Below, in pieces: positions 7,931 to 18,326 of a stretch of DNA of 64,000 nucleotides (positions are counted from its first letter, which is position 1; each line of letters begins with the position of its first letter). The notes under the pieces are model-generated. The model saw nothing but the letters and a program-made list of their open reading frames with translations. It did no database searches and was not told the origin of the DNA. The position numbers and the translations under genes are program-made. Source of the stretch: an uncultured Acidobacteriota bacterium (GTDB lineage Bacteria > Acidobacteriota > Terriglobia > Acidiferrales > UBA7541); NCBI GenBank assembly GCA_963839325.1, contig CAWIUO010000007.1:6302-70301 (forward strand), given 5' to 3'.

Positions 7931-8545
7931 CTAAGTTGGCTTTGTCGCCGACGCGAGTCGGCGGTGTGCGCTCGACCACGGGAAATCTTCCGGTTTGGTT
8001 GATAGCCGGGCCCAGACCGGATTCTTCGCGATGTAGTTCTGCATTTTTACGAAGTTTTCCTGATCCCGGCTGTAGCGATCGAATGAGCGGGATTCCCAGA
8101 ACTGCCCTGTCCGTTCAAGAATCAGGTTCGCATGGTGTGCGGTGACGCCTTTCAGCGACCTCATGAACACGCTGACCTCGTGAATTGGAGTAACGAGCAT
8201 GTGAACGTGGTTCGGCATTACCACGTATGCGTGAAGCGTGTAGCGATGGAATTCATTCTCTCCTCGCTCGATCGCGTCGCAGACCATTTCGGCGACGCGA
8301 ACGTCGTTGAGCCACGTAGGGCCTGTTTCTGCCGCGTCGAGTAGTTTTTCGATGCGGAGTTGGCGTTCGCGGCCCGGCAGCTTCTGGACTTCTTCGGTCT
8401 TAGCTTCGCTCAACGGCGGCAGCGAGTCGTGCAGCCTGAACGTGATGAGCATCGGAGTTCCTGGAGGGAACTGCGGCTTCTTCGGGCGAGCATCCTGCGC
8501 GAATTGCCTACGAACGTACGAGGATTGAACGGTTTTAGTGGGCAT
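7931..8545 (-). CDS. REP-associated tyrosine transposase (RAYT) / IS200-like Y1 transposase family protein
   Basis: HUH motif in YVVMPNHVHMLVTP and catalytic-Tyr region QNYIAKNPV. I chose the internal ATG (MPTKTV) at 8545 of ORF 7931..8683. Confidence 0.8.
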   Translation of the reverse strand: MPTKTVQSSYVRRQFAQDARPKKPQFPPGTPMLITFRLHDSLPPLSEAKTEEVQKLPGRERQLRIEKLLDAAETGPTWLNDVRVAEMVCDAIERGENEFHRYTLHAYVVMPNHVHMLVTPIHEVSVFMRSLKGVTAHHANLILERTGQFWESRSFDRYSRDQENFVKMQNYIAKNPVWARLSTKPEDFPWSSAHRRLASATKPT

Positions 8546-8582
8546 TCGGAATTGATAGCGCAGACGCAGGCGGCTGGATAGT

Positions 8583-8633
8583 CGTAAAACTACGGAAAAT
8601 TTACGTACGTAGTTTTGCTCCGTAAAACTACGG
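8583..8633. repeat. three copies of the AAAACTACG motif (direct-inverted-direct) able to form two mutually exclusive hairpins
   Basis: CGTAAAACTACGG at 8583-8595 and 8621-8633, with the inverted CGTAGTTTT at 8608-8616. Located 38-90 nt upstream of the RAYT start. Confidence 0.7.
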
Positions 8634-8669
8634 ATGAGGTCGGCGCGCTTCGGCGACCATGAATGAACG

Positions 8670-11191
8670 CTAGAGTTGGACACGGCGGAGGCGGAGCGCG
8701 TTGGCGATTACGCATAAAGAGCTAAAGGTCATGGCCGCGCTGGCGAAAATGGGGCTGAGGAGCAGATGCCGAAGAAGGGGTAGAGAAGCGCCGGCGGCGA
8801 TGGGGATGCCCACCGAGTTGTAGGCGAACGCGAAAAACAAATTCTGGCGGATGTTGCGCATCGTGGCGCGGCTGAGCTTGCGGGCGCGGGCGATGCCGCG
8901 CAGATCGCCCTTGAGGAGCGTGATTCCTGCGCTTTCCATGGCTACGTCAGTGCCGGTGCCCATGGCGATGCCGACGTCGGCTTGCGTCAGCGCGGGGGCA
9001 TCGTTGACGCCGTCGCCGGCCATGGCGACGATGCGCCCTTGCGATTGGAGTTTTTTCACAATCTCGCGCTTTCTGATCGGGCAGCACTCCGGCATGAAAG
9101 TCGTCGATGCCGAGCTTGCGCGCGACGCGCTTCGAGCGGTGGAGCGGCTGTCGCCGGTGAGCATTACGACGCGGATTTTCTCGCTGTGGAGCGCGGCGAT
9201 GGCCGCGCTCGGTGGTGGCTTTCACTGGATCGGCGACGGCGATGAGCGCCGATTGCACTGCCGTCGAGAGCGACGAAGATAACGGTCTGGCCGTCAGATT
9301 CGAGCGCGCTGGCGCGCGCTTCCAGAGCGCCAACAGGAATTTCGAGCTCTGCGAATAGCGCGCGGTTACCCAGAGCGGCGGCGCGGCCATCGATCGTTGC
9401 GGTGATGCCTTTCCGGTCGATCGAGAGAAAGTCGGTCACGGCAGCCTGGCGCGATTTTCTTAGCGCGCGGCGGCCGCAAGATCGCGGCGGCGAGGGGATG
9501 TTCGCTCGCGCGTTCGAGTGCAGCTGCGACGCGCAGATACGTCGTCCTCAGACACTCGTTGACGATTTGCGGCGACGATCGCGGCGACCCGCGGGCGGCC
9601 CTCGGTGAGCGTGCCGGTCTTGTCGACGACGAGCGTATCGACTTTCTCGAGGCGTTCGAGAGCCTCGGCGTTCTTCAGAGCACGCCGGCCAGCGCGCCGC
9701 GGCCAGTGCCGACCATGATCGCCATCGGCGTGGCCAGAGCCGAGCGCGCAGGGGCACGCGATGATCAGCACGGCGACTGCGTTGACCAGGCGCGTGGGCC
9801 ATGCGCGGCTCGGGTCCGAACAGCGCCCACGAAAGAAACGTTACGGCCGCGATGGCAGGACAGCGGGCACAAAGTAGCGCGCGACGCGGTCGGCAAGCTG
9901 CTGGACGGGCGCGCGGCTGCGCTGCGCCTCGCTGACCATGCGCACGATTTGCGCGAGCATGGTTTCGCTGCCGACGCGTTCGGCGCGCATGACGAATGTG
10001 CCGGTGCCGTTGACGGTGCCGCCCGTGACGCTGCGCCCGCGTTTTTTCCACAGGGATCGGCTCGCCCGTGACAGAGTGATTCGTCGACAGCACTCTCGCC
10101 GTCAAGGACGACGCCGTCGACCGGGACTTTTTCGCCCGGCCGAACGCGAAGGCGTATCGCCGGGCTGCACATGCTCGAGCGGGACGTCGATCTCCGTGCC
10201 GTCGCGAGCGGACGAGCCGCGCGGTTTTCGGCGACAAGCTTCAGCAGTGCGCGAATCGCGGTCGAAGTGCTGGCTGCGGGCGCGCAAGCTCGAGACACTT
10301 GCCCGAGCAAGACGAGAGCCGTGATCGCAGCCGCGGCTTCGAAGTAAACCGGCATCGTGCCGTCGGCGCCGCGAAAGGCGCAGGGAAAATGTGCGGCGCC
10401 AGCGACCGCCACGACGCTGAAGAGGTACGCTGTGCCGGTGCCGATCGCGATCAGCGTGAACATGTTCGGGCTGCGATTAACGAGCGAAGCCCAACCGCGC
10501 TCGAAAAATGGCCAGCCGCCCCAGAGGACAACTGGCGTCGCGAGCACAAATTCGATCCAGGCGATCGCGCGCTCGAGAGAGACGCGCTGAGATGGGCAGG
10601 CCGGGAATCATGTCCGACATCCCGAGAACCAGCACGGAAGCGTGAGCGCCACGCTGACCCAGAAGCGGCGCGACATCAGGGACGAGTTCGGGATTTTCCT
10701 CGTTCGGCGATGGCGACGGTGCGCGGCTCGAGCGCCATGCCGCAGATCGGACAAGAGCCGGGGCTCGGCGGATGATTTCGGGGTGCATCGGGCAGGTGTA
10801 TTCGACGCGTGGCGCGGGCGCGGCGGAGCATCTCGGGTTCAAGAGCCATGCCGCACTTGGGGCATGCGCCGGGATGTTCTTGGCGGACTTCGGGATCCAT
10901 TGGGCAGACGTATATGTCGTTGGACTGAGGCTGAGAAGCCTCGCTCGTGCGCTGCGCTTGCGTTCCGAGTTGAACTAGGTCGCGAGAACCGTGGGCGTTT
11001 GCCGGCGGAATTGCCGCGGCAGCCTTCGCGGCGAGGCGCTCACGATCGCGGGCGAGCATGGCTTCGGGATCGGCGCGGAATTTTTCCGCGCAGCCCTTGC
11101 CACAGAAGAAATAGTTCTTCTCGGCGTGTTCGACCTGCGCGGCGGCGCGCAGAGGGTCCACGGTCATGCCACAGACGGGATCGCGTTCCAT
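8670..11191 (-). pseudogene. copA: copper/heavy-metal-translocating P1B-type ATPase (CopA-like), reading frame broken many times as assembled
   Basis: Homology runs through ORFs 10676..11191, 10477..10842, 9765..10547, 9548..10237, 9460..9771, 9164..9439 and 8670..9164. Motifs: CGMTV...FCGKGC (YHS/TRASH), two CPM-PE...CP-CGMALEP modules, [30 protein letters not shown]. Confidence 0.85.
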
Positions 11192-11660
11192 GGTTCGTCC
11201 GATTGGATGCTGGTGGCTCCTTTGTCGATGAGTACTTTACGCTGATTCGCTACGAAACGGCGAGCGAGGCGGCAGGCTAGAAAACTGATGTTCATAGGCA
11301 TGATTTGTTGCGGCGTGGTGCGCCGGTGTCGCCGAGGTGGTGCTGGCTTGAGCAATGCGGCGATTGCTCGCCGCACTCCGAAAGCTCGCGTCGCGACGCT
11401 CGCGGATACTGAGGGGCTGCCTGAACATCCGGAGGAAGCGCGGGCCAAGTTGCGCAGTCCCGTGAAGCGGGACTACCCCACGACGAGCTGCTCGAAATGG
11501 CCAAAAAAGTGCCGACTTGGAGCCGGTTAGCGAGTAGCATCGCGCTCTGTTTTCATGAAGTTCCATAACATTTTAATCGCGGGAGCGCCGATTAGAATTC
11601 GGTTCTGCGGGGAACACATACCAGAGGACTGCAAATTCGAAGTAGCGCGAAATAATGTCC

Positions 11661-11929
11661 AGTTAGTGCCGATTAGAAATGAATTTGTGTTGCAGGCGTT
11701 GGAGTTAGGAGTGATTCTAATCGCGGATCCGCGATTAGAAATCTGTGCCGGGGAAGAAACGCTGGGAGCGAGATGCGGCGACGTGCCGGGAGTGGAGCGT
11801 CCGGCGGCTTGGGTGAGGCGGCCGCTTGGCATATCCGTTCGTCATGGGGCGCGAATTCAGCCCCGACCCACGTTACCACAATGGTAACTAGTTGTAAAGA
11901 GAATAGCGTGGGTTCCAAAATGGGAATCG
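11661..11929 (-). repeat. dispersed repeat element, copy B (inverted relative to copy A)
   Basis: Its reverse complement aligns with 2074-2324 at roughly 70 percent identity by eye, with one ~20-nt indel. Extra CGATTAGAA / TTTAATCGCG units lie at 11571-11600. The promoter-like module is at 11870-11898, reading toward copA. Confidence 0.75.
11715..11740. repeat. palindromic hairpin TTCTAATCGCG-GATC-CGCGATTAGAA within copy B
   Basis: 11-bp perfect stem. The arms are the same as in the copy A hairpin; only the loop differs. Confidence 0.9.
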
Positions 11930-11944
11930 GACGCGCGCAGTGGG

Positions 11945-12466
11945 TCAGTGCGAGGAAAGAATGGCGTTGATGGAGTCGGTCATTTGGGGGCTGGTCCAGT
12001 CCTGGGCGCCGATGATCTTGCGGACGAGCTTGCCTTTGCGGTCGATGATGTAGGTGTCGGGATACATGGTGGTGCCGTACATTAGTGGGATTTTCTTGGT
12101 GGTATCTCGAAAATTCGGGTAGGTGAGACCGTAATGCTGGATGAAAGTTTCGTAGGCGTCGCCGTTGTCGTCCACGCTGACGCCGAGGACGGTTCCTCCG
12201 AGCGGCGCAATGCGGGCCTGAAGTTGATTCAGGGATGGCGCCTCTTCGACGCAGGGAGGACACCATGTGGCCCAAAAATTAAGGAAGACAACCTTTCCGC
12301 GGAAGTCGGAAAGGTGCGCGGGCTTGCCATTCAAGGTGAGAGCGAAATCGGGAGCCGTCTTGCCCGTGAGGCTCGGTTCGCCCTGTCGATAGTCCGGGGT
12401 TGCGAATAGATAGAGAATCCCGGCAATAAAGACGAGAACCAGGGCCGTAATCAGTTTGCGTTTCAA
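11945..12466 (-). CDS. TlpA/ResA-family thiol-disulfide oxidoreductase
   Basis: FWATWCPPC active site. I chose a TTG start (LKRKLITALVLVFIAGILYLF signal anchor). The long N-terminal extension of ORF 11945..12757 looks non-coding. Confidence 0.75.
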   Translation of the reverse strand: MKRKLITALVLVFIAGILYLFATPDYRQGEPSLTGKTAPDFALTLNGKPAHLSDFRGKVVFLNFWATWCPPCVEEAPSLNQLQARIAPLGGTVLGVSVDDNGDAYETFIQHYGLTYPNFRDTTKKIPLMYGTTMYPDTYIIDRKGKLVRKIIGAQDWTSPQMTDSINAILSSH

Positions 12467-12626
12467 TCCGCTGTCCAAGCAACCTATAATACGAAATCCG
12501 CGAGCGGAACGCGAACCGCTTGGTTCGAATCGGGGGCCGCGCGCGACGCTGACTCCGCAGCATCCAATGGGCTGAGCCGCCGCAAGCACGGGTTTTCTCC
12601 AGCGCACGAGCCTCAAACGACGAGAC

Positions 12627-13674
12627 ATGACAACTGCAGTTACCATCTCCGCGATCATTCCGGCGCGAAACGAAGAAGTTTCGATAGCACGCGCCGTGGA
12701 ATCCGTTGCCGCGCAGCCGGAGATCGGCGAGGTGATCGTGGTGAACGACCAGTCCACTGACCGAACGGCGGAGATCCTTGAAGGGCTTGCGCGACGTATA
12801 GAGAAGGTGAAGCTGGTAACTACGGGCGAGCTTCCGACGGGATGGGTAGGGAAGAATCACGCGGTTTCACTGGGGGCGGCCGCAGCGACGGGCGATTGGC
12901 TGCTGTTCACCGACGCAGACACATTTCATGAGCCGGGTTCAGCGCGGCGCGCGCTGTCCGATGCGGCGGAGCACAACGCGGTGCTTGTTTCCTATTCGCC
13001 AGAACAGGAGTTGGAATCGTTCTGGGAGCGAGTACTGATTCCGTTTGTGTATTGCCGGCTCGCATCGCGGTTTTCGTTCGCGCGGGTAAGCCGGCCGGAC
13101 ACGAAGGATGCCGCGGCGAATGGGCAATACCTGATGGTTTTGCGCGACGTGTACGAATCGCTGGGCGGGCACACCGCGATTCGCGGCGAGATTTTGGAAG
13201 ATGTGGCTTTAGCGCGGCGGGTGAAGGAAGCCCACTACGGAATTTATTTCACCGCCCCCGTGGGCGCAGTGCGGACGCGGATGTACCGCAGCTTTGGAGC
13301 GATGTGGCAGGGATGGACGAAGAATCTATATCCCTTGAACGGCGGAACGGCTGGCTCGATAGTGCGCGAACTGGCGGAGGTGGTTCCGTGGTTCGAAGCG
13401 CTGCTGGTGGGTTGGTGCGTGTGGCACGGAATGCGCAGCGGGCGGATGGATTGGGAGTTGACGTTTGGAGTGGTTGCGCTCGCGCTGGTGTACCGGCTGG
13501 TGCGTTACGGCCTCGAGCTTTACAAGAATCTCTACCCAGTGGATTACATCCAATATTATCTTCCGGCGATGGCGCTGTATTCGCGCGGCGTTGACGGCTT
13601 CGTGGTGGAAGAACACGCGGGGACACGTGGTGTGGAAGGGACGCACGTACGAAGGAAGCGCCCGCAATGCGTAG
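12627..13674 (+). CDS. family-2 glycosyltransferase (HpnB/CrtQ-like membrane GT2), one apparent frameshift near 13575
   Basis: ISAIIPARNEE, VVNDQSTDRT, LLFTDADT, QGWTKNLYPL. The expected C-terminus (...SWWKNTRGHVVWKGRTY) is in ORF 13465..13674, a different frame from ORF 12627..13814. Confidence 0.7.
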
Positions 13675-13689
13675 CGACCGGCAGGAAGG

Positions 13690-14106
13690 ATGATACGAAT
13701 CACACGCAAAGTCGAGTTCTCAGCGTCGCACGTGTACCACAACCCGGCGTTGTCGGCGGAGGAAAACCGGCGAATTTTCGGGAAGTGCAACAATCCGCAT
13801 GGGCACGGCCATAACTACACGCTGGAAGTGACGATCGCTGGAGAGCCGGATCCGCAGACGGGAATGGTGCTCGACTTGAAAGAACTGAAACAGATCTTGC
13901 AGGAAGAGGTGGTCGATCGGATGGATCATCGCCATTTGAACGTGGAAGTGCCGGAACTGGCGGGAAAGATTCCAACGTGCGAAAACGTGGCCGTGGTGAT
14001 CTGGAATTTGCTGAAGCCGAGGATCACAACGGGCAAGCTGGACCGCGTGCGCTTGTACGAGTCGGCCGATTTGTACGCGGATGTGTCCGACGGAGAAAAT
14101 GGATGA
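13690..14106 (+). CDS. 6-pyruvoyl-tetrahydropterin / 6-carboxy-tetrahydropterin synthase (PTPS/QueD family), paralog 1
   Basis: [14 protein letters not shown] zinc/catalytic motif, DHRHLN, TCENVAVVIW. 138 aa. Confidence 0.85.
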   Translation: MIRITRKVEFSASHVYHNPALSAEENRRIFGKCNNPHGHGHNYTLEVTIAGEPDPQTGMVLDLKELKQILQEEVVDRMDHRHLNVEVPELAGKIPTCENVAVVIWNLLKPRITTGKLDRVRLYESADLYADVSDGENG

Positions 14107-14531
14107 GGGTTTCGCTGACGCGGCGCTACAAATTCGCGGCATCGCACCGGCTGCATTCCGTCGGTTTGAGCGACGAAGAGAATCGGCGCATCTACGGGAA
14201 ATGCAACAATCCGCATGGACACGGGCACAACTACGAAGTGCTGGTCACTGTGACGGGCCCGGTGGATCCCGCGACGGGGATGATCGCCAATTTGGGAGAA
14301 CTCGATCCATTTGTCGAGAAGAACGTGATCGAAGTGTTCGATCACAAGAATCTGAACGAAGAGATAGCGGAATTTCGAGAACGGGTGCCGACGACGGAGA
14401 ATCTTTGCGCAGAAGTCTTCCGGCGCTTGCAGAGTTTCAAGTCGGCCACGCTCGAGCGTGTGCGAATCGAAGAAACGAGCAAGAACAGCTTTGAGATGAT
14501 TGTGGAGCCCAACGCAGCCGCGTGGGCGTAG
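14103..14531 (+). CDS. PTPS/QueD family protein, paralog 2
   Basis: [31 protein letters not shown]. Starts at MRVSLTRRY, overlapping the stop of paralog 1 (ATGA). Confidence 0.85.
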   Translation: MRVSLTRRYKFAASHRLHSVGLSDEENRRIYGKCNNPHGHGHNYEVLVTVTGPVDPATGMIANLGELDPFVEKNVIEVFDHKNLNEEIAEFRERVPTTENLCAEVFRRLQSFKSATLERVRIEETSKNSFEMIVEPNAAAWA

Positions 14532-14544
14532 GAGCCCAGGAATA

Positions 14545-15149
14545 ATGAGTGAAGCCACAACGATTGCGCGACCGGAGACGGTGGACACCGACAAGATTTC
14601 CGGTCTGGTGCGCCAAATTTTGAAAGAACTGGGAGAGAATCCCGATCGCGAAGGGCTGGAGCGAACGCCGGAGCGGTTCGCCAAGGCGCTGCGTTTTTTG
14701 ACGAGCGGCTATCAGCAAGATCCCGAGAAGCTGCTGAACGGCGCGATGTTCAGCGTTTGTTACGACGAAATGGTGGTGGTGCGGGACATCGAGCTGTACA
14801 GCTTGTGCGAACACCACATGTTGCCGTTTTTTGGCGTAGTGCCACGTGGCGTATATTCCGCAAAAGAAGGTGGTCGGATTGAGCAAGATTGCGCGGCTCG
14901 TGAATATGTACGCGCGGCGGCTGCAGATACAGGAACGGCTCACCAGCCAGATCGCGAATGCGATTCAGGAAGAGCTGCACCCGGCAGGGCGTGGGCGTAA
15001 TTATCGAGGCACGGCACCTGTGCATGGTGATGCGCGGGGTAGAGAAGCAAAACTCGACGACGACGACCAGCGCGATGCTGGGGGACTTCCGCGAGAGAGC
15101 GCAGACGCGGGAAGAGTTCCTGTCGTTGATTCGGACGCAGAAGCGGTAA
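14545..15149 (+). pseudogene. folE: GTP cyclohydrolase I (FolE), two 1-nt frame breaks as assembled (about 14838 and 14987)
   Basis: The protein is split over ORFs 14500..15000, 14846..15370 and 14958..15149. Motifs: [49 protein letters not shown]. Confidence 0.85.
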
Positions 15150-15411
15150 CCGCTGGACTTCACAGCCAAAACGTTAAAGTCAAAGACGTGGAACATTTCA
15201 CGGACTGGGGAGGAGAAAAGCTCCGGGCACGGAGAGGTGTGTGCGGGAGCGGGACTTGGTCCCGGAATCGGGCGCGATTCCGGCACAATTTGACGCCATT
15301 GGGAGGCGAAAACTCCGCTTGGAGCGCCGTCGCGGTGTGTGATAACATTTTTTGGTCGAAGAAGAGATAAAGAGCGCATAGGTAATCCCGGCGTTTCGAA
15401 TTTGAGGAGGG

Positions 15412-15678
15412 GTGGCGTTGAGCGAAGCCAAGGCAGCAATGATCGAGCAGTTCCGTGTGCACACCAAAGATACAGGATCGCCGGAAGTGCAGATCGCACT
15501 ATTGAGCGAGCGCATCAGCTACCTCACGAACCACCTCAAGTCCCACGCCAAGGATCACGCGTCACGGCGCGGGTTGATCATGATGGTCAACAAGCGGCGA
15601 CGGCTGCTGGATTATTTGAACCGTCGCGACCCGGACCGCTATCGCGGGATCGTGGAACGACTCAGCTTGCGGAAGTAA
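15412..15678 (+). CDS. rpsO: 30S ribosomal protein S15
   Basis: [49 protein letters not shown] is a typical S15 sequence. The classic rpsO-pnp gene pair. Confidence 0.9.
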   Translation: MALSEAKAAMIEQFRVHTKDTGSPEVQIALLSERISYLTNHLKSHAKDHASRRGLIMMVNKRRRLLDYLNRRDPDRYRGIVERLSLRK

Positions 15679-15906
15679 CGCGGATTCCGAGTCGGAAAGT
15701 CCTGCCGCAGTTATTCACTCCGCACAAACCAGTTTTTTCAGGCGACGTGCGGGCAGGCAGGCGCCCGCGACGCGCAGGTATTTCTGTTTGAAGTGAGCAT
15801 TCCTCCCCTTCGCCGTATCTCCTTCGAAGAAATCCCCGAGAGAGGACTCTCGCATCCGAACGATCGTGCCCGGTGATCCGGGTCAAAAGGAAGTGAAGGA
15901 TGATGG

Positions 15907-18062
15907 TTGAAACAAGTAAGCCTGGAAGTGGGCGGGCGCACTCTAACGTTTGAAACGGGCAGGATGGCGCGGCAAGCGCACGGCGCGGTGGTGGCGCGTT
16001 ACGGCGACACGATGGTGTTGGCGACGGCGTGCATGGATTCGAAGGCGACGGAGAAGGATTTTCTGCCTCTGACCGTGGATTATCGCGAGTATACGTATTC
16101 GGCCGGAAAGATTCCGGGAGGATTTTTCAAGCGCGAAGGGCGCCCGTCGGAAAAGGAAGTGCTGACTTCGCGGCTGATCGACCGGCCGCTGCGCCCCCTG
16201 TTTCCGGAGGGCTGGTCGAACGAGACGCAGATCGTTTCGAGCGTGCTTTCGGCGGACAGCGAGAACGACCCGGACGTGATCGGCGTGACTGCCGCTTCCG
16301 CGGCGCTGTACATTTCGAAGATTCCGTTCACGACGCCGATTGCGGCGGTGCGCATCGGCATGCTGGAAGGCAAGCTGGTGGTGAATCCGTCTTACACCGA
16401 CCAGAAGACCAGCTCGCTGAACATCATCGTGGCGGGTTCGGAAGAAGCCATCGTGATGGTGGAGTCCGGCGCGCTGGAGGTTTCTGAAGATCAGGTGGCG
16501 GATGCGCTGGAATTCGCGCATGCGAGAGATCAAGCAAGATCATCGGTGCGATCAAAGAGCTGCAGGCGAAGGTGAATCCGACGAAGGTGGCTGTGAATGC
16601 GCCGGCGTTCGACGAATCGATCTACAAGGACTTGCAGGCGAAGTACGGCGAGAAGCTGCGCGACGCGCTCGACACAGCGAAGCATCCCAAGACGGAAAGC
16701 TACGCGCTGGTCGATGAGATCAAGAAGGAGATCTACGCCGCGATTCCCGAGACCGAAGACTGAAAAGAAGAAGCTGACCGGCCGCGCGTTTGAGCGTTTG
16801 CGCGAGCGGATTTTCCGCGACGACATGCTGGTTCGCCGTCGGCGTCCGGATGGCCGCGCGTTCGATCAGGTGCGACAGATTACGTGCGAAGTGGGAGTGC
16901 TGCCGCGCGACGCACGGCTCGGCGCTCTTCACACGCGGCGAGACGCAATCGCTTTCGACCTGCACGTTGGGTACGAAGGAAGACATGCAGCGGCAGGACC
17001 TGCTTTTCGAGAAGGACACGTTCAAGCGCTTCATGCTGCACTACAACTTCCCGCCGTTCTCTGTGGGCGAAGTGAAATTCCTGCGCGGGCCGGGACGTCG
17101 CGAAATCGGACACGGCGCACTGGCGGAACGCGCTCTGGCGAATTTGCTCCCGTCGGATGCGGACTTCCCGTACGCGATTCGCTCGGTTTCGGACATTCTG
17201 GAATCGAACGGATCGTCGTCGATGGCTACCGTTTGCGGCGGATCGCTGGCGTTGATGGATGCCGGCGTACCGATGAAGGCGCGCTTGCGCGGGCATTGCG
17301 ATGGGGCTGGTGGTGGAAGGCAACAAGTACGCCATCCTCACCGACATCGCGGGCGCGGAAGATCACTACGGCGACATGGACTTCAAAGTTGCCGGCACGC
17401 GGCAGGGAATCACGGCGCTGCAGATGGACATCAAGGTTTCCGGCGTGAGCATTTCGATGATGCGCGAAGCTCTGGCGCAGGCCCGAAAAGCGCGCATCGA
17501 AATCCTGGACATCATGGACCAGACCATGTCCACCGCGCGCGCTGAGATTTCGCATTACGCCCCGCACCTCTTCATGCTGAACATCCCTACCGACAAGATT
17601 CGCGACCTGATCGGACCGGGCGGAAAGAAGATTCGCTCGATCGTGGAAGCTACGGGCGTGAAGATCGACGTGATGGACGACGGCAAGGTGCACGTGTTTG
17701 CTTCGAGCGGAAAGTCCGCGGAAGACGCGCTGAAGATGATTCGCGACGTGACGGCTACGGCGGAGATCGGCAAGACCTATCTCGGCACCGTGGTCCGCAT
17801 CGCGGAATTCGGCGCGTTCGTCGAAATTTTCCCCGGCACCGATGGGTTGCTGCACATCAGCGAAATCGCGGAGGCGCGCATCAAGTCCGTTCGTGATGAA
17901 CTGAAGGAAGGCGATCAGATTCTAGTGAAGGTGCTTGCGATCGAAGGCAACAAGATCCGGCTCAGCCGAAAGGCTGTGCTGCGCGACAAGCAGCACGCGG
18001 CCGCCGCGGGTTCGGCGCCGGCTCCTGCGTCTTCGAGTTCGACGGAGAATTCGGGCCAGTAG
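15907..18062 (+). pseudogene. pnp: polynucleotide phosphorylase, frame broken at least five times as assembled
   Basis: Homology runs through ORFs 15907..16575, 16502..16717, 16572..16763, 16597..17448, 16790..17545 and 17301..18062. Motifs: [48 protein letters not shown], plus KH and S1 domains at the C-terminus. Confidence 0.9.
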
Positions 18063-18095
18063 TCTTCAACCGATCAGCGAAGTGGGAAGTGAAAA

Positions 18096-18130
18096 GGGAG
18101 GCGAACACATCGCCTCCCTTTTTGCTTTTG
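18096..18130 (+). terminator. rho-independent terminator after pnp
   Basis: GGGAGGCG-AACACAT-CGCCTCCC followed by TTTTTGCTTTT. Confidence 0.65.
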
Positions 18131-18326
18131 GGGGCGGTCACGGTAGTGAAGGGGCGCGTTCAGCTTGGCGGACAAAAGCTGCGCCGGCTTGCGCACAGAG
18201 CGCGCACCCCGCCCCTACAGGTGCCATTGCTGCACGGGGAAGTCCGCGATCAACCCAAGACTTTAGGGTGTTGTCGATCGCAGGAGAACAGCCTGCGCGG
18301 CAGGCTATTCCATTGCAGGCGCCGGG

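Noticed and set aside
2074-11929. Composite transposon or invertible segment bounded by the inverted repeat copies
   Set aside because: The two copies are only about 70 percent identical. There is no matching target-site duplication at the outer ends (CCCCCAAC versus GACGCGCG). No DDE transposase, integrase or invertase lies inside. I kept it as a dispersed-repeat observation instead.
12500-12540. tRNA-like GGTTCGAATCG string
   Set aside because: There is no flanking T-stem complementarity, acceptor stem or anticodon arm. I saw no credible tRNA anywhere in the intergenic regions.
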